Of a stretch of DNA of 64,000 nucleotides, positions 57,594 through 64,000 are shown piece after piece; position 1 is the stretch's first letter; every line of letters starts with the position of its first letter. Origin of the DNA: an uncultured virus (IMG/VR IMGVR_UViG_3300025009_000100) (lineage: Duplodnaviria; Heunggongvirae; Uroviricota; Caudoviricetes). Location: IMG/VR virus record IMGVR_UViG_3300025009_000100. One strand, 5' to 3'. The position numbers and the translations under genes are program-made. Below the pieces are notes generated by a model. That model was given only the letters and a program-made list of their open reading frames with translations. It had not been told where the DNA came from and ran no database searches.

Positions 57594-58306
57594 AAGACTA
57601 TTCCAGTAAACCAATCTTAATCACTGGTGCGGCTCGTTCTGGAACTTCTATGGTTGCTGCTTGTTTCCACCTGTGTGGCGCTTGGAAAGGTGATACCGGA
57701 GGCCCGTCTGCATACAATGAGAAGGGGATGTTTGAGAACCTTCCTTTGCGGCAAGAGATTGTAAAGCCTTTGTTTAGGGATTTAGGATATGATCCTCTGG
57801 GCCAATTTCCATTGCCTCCTACAAATAAAGTGAAGATCCCGTTTGATTTACGGCAGAGGGTTTTGGCCAATATTACAAAACAAGGATGGACCCCGGAAAC
57901 CATTTGGATGTACAAATGTGCAAAGATGTCTTTGTTATGGCCTGTTTGGGCTTTTGCCTTTCCTGAAAGCAAATGGATCATCGTTCGCAGGAGAAAAGAG
58001 GATATCATATTCTCATGCATGCAAACTGCTTTTATGCGGAGTTTTAACCAGCCACATATTCTGCGCAGAATGGGGTTTAAACAACCGGAAGAAGGATGGA
58101 ATTACTGGGTAGAATTTCACGAAAATAAATTTAATGAGATTATCAATCAAGGGATCAATACCAAAGTAATTTGGCCCGAAAAGATGGTCAAAGCAGATTA
58201 TTCTGAATTGAAAGATGCCATTGAATGGGCAGGATTGCAGTGGAATGGCCAAGCAGTTATGGAATTTATTGAGCCACGGCTTTGGCGTGCCAGGAGGAAC
58301 AAATGA
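57587..58306 (+). CDS. sulfotransferase
   Basis: ITGAARSGTS 5'-PSB loop; IIVRR....I.S 3'-PB motif. Confidence 0.85.
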   Translation: MLKDYSSKPILITGAARSGTSMVAACFHLCGAWKGDTGGPSAYNEKGMFENLPLRQEIVKPLFRDLGYDPLGQFPLPPTNKVKIPFDLRQRVLANITKQGWTPETIWMYKCAKMSLLWPVWAFAFPESKWIIVRRRKEDIIFSCMQTAFMRSFNQPHILRRMGFKQPEEGWNYWVEFHENKFNEIINQGINTKVIWPEKMVKADYSELKDAIEWAGLQWNGQAVMEFIEPRLWRARRNK

Positions 58307-58683
58307 GCAGAACAAATCATGTAGAGGTTCAGGCAATTATCCCGGATACAATTTCCTCAATTGTGATTGATGCTTTTATCGTGCTTGCCTCCACTATGGT
58401 TGACAATACCGTTGCAACCTCTGGTATGGATGACACTTTACTGGAGCAGATCGAGCAGTTTTTAACTGCCCACCTCCTTTATACCACGGTTAAAAGACAG
58501 GTACAAAATAAATCCGTTGGTGACGCATCTGAAAGTTACGCGAAGCTTGGTGAGGGTTTAAAAGCAACGACGTATGGTGTGATTGTAGCTCAGTTAGATT
58601 ATACCGGTATTTTGGTGGATACCGGGAAAAGTACAGCAAAGATTGAAGCTATACCATCATTTGATGACAGTGAGGTCCTTTAG
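58303..58683 (+). CDS. head-tail adaptor
   Basis: GGAGG RBS; IE..LTAH...SVGDASESY...T.YG...LD.TG.L. Confidence 0.75.
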   Translation: MSRTNHVEVQAIIPDTISSIVIDAFIVLASTMVDNTVATSGMDDTLLEQIEQFLTAHLLYTTVKRQVQNKSVGDASESYAKLGEGLKATTYGVIVAQLDYTGILVDTGKSTAKIEAIPSFDDSEVL

Positions 58684-59028
58684 ATGTTAAGCGGGGCATT
58701 AAATCAAGCAGCAGTTTTGTGGTCTAAAAATACCACTGATGGATACGGAAAGATTACGTACAACACTGCTGTTTTATTAGATGTCCGTTGGCAAGAAAGC
58801 TCAAAATTGTTTATCAGCCAAACCGGGAAAGAAGAAGTCAGTGCACATGTAGTTTACGCAGAAACTTCTATTGATTTTGATGATTATTTATGGCTTGGGA
58901 GTTTAGCTTCTTTATCTGCTGGACAAAAGGCAGACCCAATGCTTGTTACAGGTGCTTTGCCAGTCAGGGGCAGGAATAAATCATACGATTTGCAGGGCGG
59001 GACGTTTGTTTCGAAGGTGTTTTTATAA
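58684..59028 (+). CDS. head closure protein
   Basis: synteny; DGYG...VRWQ. Confidence 0.65.
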   Translation: MLSGALNQAAVLWSKNTTDGYGKITYNTAVLLDVRWQESSKLFISQTGKEEVSAHVVYAETSIDFDDYLWLGSLASLSAGQKADPMLVTGALPVRGRNKSYDLQGGTFVSKVFL

Positions 59029-59029
59029 A

Positions 59030-59449
59030 ATGTATCCAGCAAAATACTTAAAGGGATTGGATGACGTTTTGGGCAAATTAAAAAAAGCCACAGACGCTAT
59101 CCCAGGTAAAACTCTAAAAGGGTTAATCCGGGCAGCAATAATTGTCCGTAGGGATATGGAACAAACGAAGCCTAAAATACCAGTAGACACTGGGAACTTG
59201 CGCTCCAGTTATTTTTTGGTTACCAGTAATGGTGATACGCGGGATGGTTCGAATCCAGGAGTACCAAAACAAGCAGTCCCTGGCCCTTACGTAGCTTTAG
59301 GTTTCTCCGCTAATTATGCTGTGAAAGTGCATGAAGCAGTAAATGTTACTTTTCAGAGGCCCGGTTCCGGGGCAAAGTTTTTGGAAAGTGCTTTAGACAG
59401 GAATGCAAAATCTATATTGGAAATGATACAGAAAGAGGCAAAAGTATGA
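59030..59449 (+). CDS. HK97 gp10-like neck protein
   Basis: PVDTGNLRSS, YA..VHE, AKFLE.AL. Confidence 0.8.
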   Translation: MYPAKYLKGLDDVLGKLKKATDAIPGKTLKGLIRAAIIVRRDMEQTKPKIPVDTGNLRSSYFLVTSNGDTRDGSNPGVPKQAVPGPYVALGFSANYAVKVHEAVNVTFQRPGSGAKFLESALDRNAKSILEMIQKEAKV

Positions 59450-59847
59450 GTCAAGTAAATCCACCCAGTTTAGATTTGAAAGACATGTTGGATAATTCAA
59501 ATTCTGGACTGGTGTTGACTTTTGGTACCAATTTATTTTTGTCCTCTTTGCCTGATATGCCGCATAATGCTGTATGTTTGTATGATACTGGAGGATTACC
59601 TCAGTTACAGTATGCATTAGAACGGCCAAATGTACAAGTCCGTGTCAGAAATATTGATTATTTAACTGGGTACCGTTTAATTCGGGACATTAAATACTAT
59701 TTGCATCAAGCAAGAAATGGGGAAATCTGGAATGGGACAAGATACATCCAGATTGAAACTCGCTCCGATATTTTATATATTGGGCAAGATGAAAAAAATA
59801 GGCATTCTTGGACACTGAATTTCAGTATTTGGCGGTCTGGGAATTAA
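59446..59847 (+). CDS. tail terminator (minor capsid PF12691-like)
   Basis: LYDTGG, P.VQVRVR, GQDEKNR. Confidence 0.75.
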   Translation: MSQVNPPSLDLKDMLDNSNSGLVLTFGTNLFLSSLPDMPHNAVCLYDTGGLPQLQYALERPNVQVRVRNIDYLTGYRLIRDIKYYLHQARNGEIWNGTRYIQIETRSDILYIGQDEKNRHSWTLNFSIWRSGN

Positions 59848-59888
59848 CACAACTGTGCACAAGCACTATATAATGTAAGGAGAATATA

Positions 59889-60323
59889 ATGGCTTCAGAA
59901 GCAAAAAGTGGCGTTGGTGCTCTTGTAAGGTATTACAGTGGAGCAGCTTGGGTAAGTTTTGGGGAAGTGACAAACATTACTGGCCCGTCAATGACCAAAG
60001 CAACGCATGATGTCACAAGTTTGGCAAGTACAGGTGGATTTCGGGAATTTATTGTTGGATTGAAAGACCCAGGCACCCTCCAGTTTACGATGTGGTTTAA
60101 CAGGGCTGACTTTGATGCCGCCCTGGCTAATTTCAATTCGGATGATTTGGTTGACTTTGAGATTATCCTCCCCGATGATGACCATACAACATTGGAGTTC
60201 TCTGGGTTTGTGACGGATCTCCCGTTGACAATCCCTGAAGGCCCCATGAGTATCAATGTAACGGTTAAGATTTCAGGCCCGGTGACAGTTAATTCCGGAT
60301 CGGGCACAGTGACACACGCATAA
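59889..60323 (+). CDS. major tail tube protein
   Basis: ITGP....DVT.L...FREFI.GLKDPG. Confidence 0.85.
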   Translation: MASEAKSGVGALVRYYSGAAWVSFGEVTNITGPSMTKATHDVTSLASTGGFREFIVGLKDPGTLQFTMWFNRADFDAALANFNSDDLVDFEIILPDDDHTTLEFSGFVTDLPLTIPEGPMSINVTVKISGPVTVNSGSGTVTHA

Positions 60324-60435
60324 CCGGTATTACCAATTGTCAGACGTATGAAATGTAATTAAAAGATAAAAAGAAAACCTAATCAAAGGTTCACCAAATT
60401 AAACAAATTTAACAAATTGAACAGGAGAAAACAAA

Positions 60436-60906
60436 ATGACTGAAATCAACGGAACCAATCAGGCTCCTACAGCAGCAACCTTTCTAACAGCAGAAGAACT
60501 CAGAAACATCATTTTACAGGCGAATGATTTGCCTGTGATCCCCCAGGTTGTTCCGGAATGGGGCGGGGTTACTGTGTATGTGCGTTCAATGACCGCAAAA
60601 GAACGTGACGACTGGCAAGCGTCCTATTTTTTCTTGAATAAAGATGCACAGGAATCAGCAGACGGAACCCCTGGTAAAGTGACTGTGAAAAACCTTTCCG
60701 CTTCTTTACTGGTTAAAATGCTTTGCGCAGACCCGGAAGGAAAGGTTCTTATCTTCAAAGAATCGGATATCGACGCTTTAGGGGATAAGTCAGCCGCAGT
60801 CATCAACCGGCTTCAGGAGGCACTGAGAGCGGCTTCTGGCGTAACAAAAGAAGACGAGGACGCCATTGAAAAAAACTTAAACGCCCAGAGCGTCGTTTCT
60901 GGTTAA
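60436..60906 (+). CDS. tail assembly chaperone G
   Basis: VPEWGG.VYVRSMTAKERD; slippery A AAA AAC at 60870-60876. Confidence 0.85.
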   Translation: MTEINGTNQAPTAATFLTAEELRNIILQANDLPVIPQVVPEWGGVTVYVRSMTAKERDDWQASYFFLNKDAQESADGTPGKVTVKNLSASLLVKMLCADPEGKVLIFKESDIDALGDKSAAVINRLQEALRAASGVTKEDEDAIEKNLNAQSVVSG

Positions 60907-61418
60907 CAGAAGCACGTAGGGCGGGACAATATAATATGGATGCATTTATGGGCAGCATGACAGCAAAACAAGCACTCGAATGGGAAATATTTGCGAAAGA
61001 CAATCCGTCTTTTGAGGATGTTATTCTGCTTCAGATCGCATATGTTGCCCAATTATTTGCATCCGCAACAGTTAAAAGAAAAGATGGGGCTGAATTCAGT
61101 ATTGAGGATTTCATGCCCTGGAAAAAGAAAGCCAAGACAACTTCCAGTAAAGCAGCAAAGAAAGAAGTTGCTTCAGGTTTGTTATCCTCTTTTAAAAACA
61201 TTTTGTTGAAATCAGGGGATGAAAAAGCAAAGGCTTGGGCAAAGAAAGATGAAGTTGAAGTTAAAAAAGTTCAAGGCACTGACGGAAAATGGTACAATTA
61301 TGCCTTGGAAGAGTTTGCAACAAGGACAAAGCCCCCCAAACGGCTTTCCCAAGTTCAACCAGCAGCGTCAGTAAGAAAACCCAGACGGCTTAAAACAAAT
61401 GGGGATACAGGTAAATAA
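60870..61418 (+). CDS. tail assembly chaperone T (reached by -1 frameshift)
   Basis: the -1 frame reads KKLKRPERRFWL...MDAFMGSMTAKQALEW, in frame with ORF 60936..61418. Confidence 0.85.
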   Translation, partial: KKLKRPERRFWLTEARRAGQYNMDAFMGSMTAKQALEWEIFAKDNPSFEDVILLQIAYVAQLFASATVKRKDGAEFSIEDFMPWKKKAKTTSSKAAKKEVASGLLSSFKNILLKSGDEKAKAWAKKDEVEVKKVQGTDGKWYNYALEEFATRTKPPKRLSQVQPAASVRKPRRLKTNGDTGK

Positions 61419-61427
61419 GGACAAATA

Positions 61428-64000
61428 ATGGATATCGGCAGCTTACTTGCAACAATCGGTGCAGACATAACAGACCTGAAATCCGCTGTGGCTCAGGCAA
61501 ATTCTGAACTGGAAAAGTACTCCAGGAAGACAGATGATGCCTTGTCTAAAGTGAATAGGGGTTGGGGGAGTTCATCTGCCTTTATTGTAAAATCAGTAGG
61601 GTTGATTGGTACTGCTTTTGCCGGCTTGCAGTTAAAGACATTTCTACAAGATGTTGCAATGGCTGGCGCCAGGTACGAGACCCTTGGAGTGGTATTAACC
61701 CAGGTTGGTAAAAATATGGGGTACTCCTCCCAGGAAATGAATAAATACGCTGCTGGAGTAAAAGACGCTGGTATCCAGATGGATATTGCCAGACAGGTTA
61801 CAATCCGTATGGCACAAGCCCAAATCGACTTGTCGAAATCGCAGCAGCTTGCTCGTATTGCGCAGGATGCGGCTATTATTGGAAATATAAATTCATCGGA
61901 AGCACTTGAAAGGATGATTCATGGTATCCAGACAGCTCAAACTGACGTATTGAGGTCTATTGGTATCAATGTTTCTTTTGAAGCTTCTTACGCTAAATTG
62001 GCGAAGGAACTTGGTAAAACCTCAAATGCATTAACTGAACAAGAGAAAATGCAAGCGCGTACCAATGCGGTTATGGAAGAAGGTGTTAAAAAAATTGGCA
62101 CGTATGAAGCTGCGATGGAAACCGCTGGAAAACAAATCACTTCTTTACCCAGGTATATCAATGATTTTAAGATCGAAATGGGAGAGGCATTTAATCCAGC
62201 AACCGCCGATGCCGTAAAAGCAGTAACCAATTTAATGAAGGATTTGAATACAGCAATTGTTCAGCCGGAAATTCAAGCAGAGTTACAGCGAGTTTCTCAA
62301 GAATTTGCGAATTGGGTTGATAATAATTCTGAATTAATTAAACAGCATTTACCAGAATTAATCCAATCTATTGCGGTAACGTTGCGTGGAGTGGCTGCTG
62401 CTGGGCAAGTTGCGGCAGCAGCATTGTCCTTGGTGAACACTGCGTTAGATAGTGTTATGGTTAATTCTAAAGCTGCTGGCATGGTTGCTGGTGGGCAAAT
62501 GTCTTTAGCCGAATTTTTAACTTCCAGCACGAACCAAATGCGGCAGCGTGTTCTGGATTTTGATATTAGTTTAAACGGGGTGAATAAAACTATTTCCGAG
62601 AGTACCGATGGGTATTCGGAATATGCTGGCACAATATCTGGGGTTGTTGCCTCGGCAGTCAAAGAAAGTATCGCTCTGACCAAAAAACAAATAAGTGCAA
62701 ATGAGTCTGTCGCAAAATTGTTAGCACAATTACAAATAAGCACCGGAGGTTATGCTGACGCAGAAAAGCAATTAAAATATCTGGAAGTAGATAATTGGCG
62801 TAAAGAAAAAGTAAAAGTAATCGGAGCAACAAATGAAGGTATAGAAGAAACTGCCCGATTAATGAAGCTGCTCGCTGACCAAGAAGAGGGCTTCAAAAAC
62901 AGATATTCCAATATGGCACTTGGTATGGCCTGGGACGATTCCTTCTTAACCCAGGAGGCTCAGATTGCTTACCTGGCAGAGAAAGAATTGAAAGCCGTTG
63001 AAGATCGTAAGAAGGCTGAAGAAGATCTTGCAAAGTTCCGGGAGAGATGGGCCAAGGAGTATAAAAAATCTCAGGAAAAATCTCTTGAAGCTTACACTGA
63101 TTTTTCTGACACCATAAAAGATAATATTAAGGATATTATTGAATCCCATGAAAATATGGCTGATAAGATTGTCAGCATCTTCAAGGACATGCTTTATGAG
63201 ATCGCCGCTTCAATAATTGCTCAGAAATTCGTTATTCCTATTGGTTTACAAATTGGTTCCGCTTTGGGCGCAACTTGGAATGGGACATCCTTTTCAAACA
63301 TGTCCGGGGCCAGTTCTAATATTCTCAGTACGGCTTCAGGGGCCAATTCCATATATAATGCTTTCAACGGAGGAACTTCCCAATTTCTAACAACTGGCCT
63401 TGGGGGAAAAGTAGGCTCCAGCATATTCGGTAATTCCAATTGGTACGGGACAGGCGCTTCAATGGCGGGTACGAGTGCTGCTTATTATGGTGGAGCTGAA
63501 TATATGGTCGCGGCCGGAGCTGAAGCTGCCGGAACAGCGGGTATAGCTTCTACGCTTTCTGCCATCGCTCCTTATGCGGCTATTGCAGCCATAGCTATCC
63601 CGTTGATTACTTCTCTCTTTGAAGATGATCCGACCCCGGCAATAGGAATACAAGGTGGGTCTTGGGAGGAAGAATCTCCATCGACAGGGAGCCTGAACTC
63701 AACCAAATACAATTACAAACTCTTTGCTCAGGACATGGGGGGTGAATCTTCTGCCACCCTTTTGGAGTTTTTTGATACTCGGTTTGCTGCGGTAGATGAA
63801 GCACTTTCCGGGGCATTCGCCGAAACCCTGGAAAAATACGATGCAGGGGCCAAAAATAGGGGTTGGGTGTACACTGAAGGCATGGATACCGACGCAATCC
63901 TGGAAGCGGTTAGCAACAATGTTTTTGAAGGTATTTTAGACGGTTTAAAAACGGTAACGATGGGTGCCGGGTTCGAATCTTTCGGGGTTGATTTTTTTGA
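61428..64000 (+). CDS. tape measure protein (runs off the window)
   Basis: AAGGA RBS; MDIGSLLATIGAD...; Ala/Gly-rich helical sequence after the G/T chaperones. Confidence 0.85.
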   Translation, partial: MDIGSLLATIGADITDLKSAVAQANSELEKYSRKTDDALSKVNRGWGSSSAFIVKSVGLIGTAFAGLQLKTFLQDVAMAGARYETLGVVLTQVGKNMGYSSQEMNKYAAGVKDAGIQMDIARQVTIRMAQAQIDLSKSQQLARIAQDAAIIGNINSSEALERMIHGIQTAQTDVLRSIGINVSFEASYAKLAKELGKTSNALTEQEKMQARTNAVMEEGVKKIGTYEAAMETAGKQITSLPRYINDFKIEMGEAFNPATADAVKAVTNLMKDLNTAIVQPEIQAELQRVSQEFANWVDNNSELIKQHLPELIQSIAVTLRGVAAAGQVAAAALSLVNTALDSVMVNSKAAGMVAGGQMSLAEFLTSSTNQMRQRVLDFDISLNGVNKTISESTDGYSEYAGTISGVVASAVKESIALTKKQISANESVAKLLAQLQISTGGYADAEKQLKYLEVDNWRKEKVKVIGATNEGIEETARLMKLLADQEEGFKNRYSNMALGMAWDDSFLTQEAQIAYLAEKELKAVEDRKKAEEDLAKFRERWAKEYKKSQEKSLEAYTDFSDTIKDNIKDIIESHENMADKIVSIFKDMLYEIAASIIAQKFVIPIGLQIGSALGATWNGTSFSNMSGASSNILSTASGANSIYNAFNGGTSQFLTTGLGGKVGSSIFGNSNWYGTGASMAGTSAAYYGGAEYMVAAGAEAAGTAGIASTLSAIAPYAAIAAIAIPLITSLFEDDPTPAIGIQGGSWEEESPSTGSLNSTKYNYKLFAQDMGGESSATLLEFFDTRFAAVDEALSGAFAETLEKYDAGAKNRGWVYTEGMDTDAILEAVSNNVFEGILDGLKTVTMGAGFESFGVDFF

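Noticed and set aside
1..64000. Genome-wide TGA recoding
   Set aside because: Only two in-frame TGAs were noticed; many genes end at TGA with ATGA coupling, and core genes are intact in code 11.

Overview
This 64-kb window is part of a tailed dsDNA phage genome with a siphovirus-like tail module; no integrase or host flanks are visible. Bases 1-9.4 kb (+) carry distal tail/fibre-like genes and a lysis-like cluster. Bases 9.4-41.6 kb (-) form a replication, recombination and nucleotide-metabolism arm: split SbcC/Rad50 plus SbcD, endonuclease VII, RecA-like protein, SSB, clamp and clamp loader, split family-A polymerase with a UDG-like domain, ThyX, dCMP deaminase, helicases, primase and a sigma factor. 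A divergent control region lies at 41.6-42.06 kb. Bases 42-64 kb (+) hold terminase, portal, MuF, protease, encapsulin-like capsid, neck and tail genes and the start of the tape measure gene. The main points of interest are six. (1) A TAGT-type DNA glycosyltransferase sits beside an SPL-like radical SAM enzyme whose CxxxCxxC motif is interrupted by an apparently split intein. (2) A glycosyltransferase/radical SAM/APS kinase/sulfotransferase cassette lies between the capsid and neck genes, a candidate for sulfated virion glycan. (3) A repeated Gly/His tag joins effector-like domains to the portal and to a neighbouring ORF. (4) A type III hammerhead ribozyme precedes the first leftward gene. (5) A homing-endonuclease cassette appears to have replaced the 3' end of sbcC. 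(6) A tRNA-Leu-like RNA has an unpaired anticodon stem. All family assignments come from motif recognition by eye; no database searches were run.
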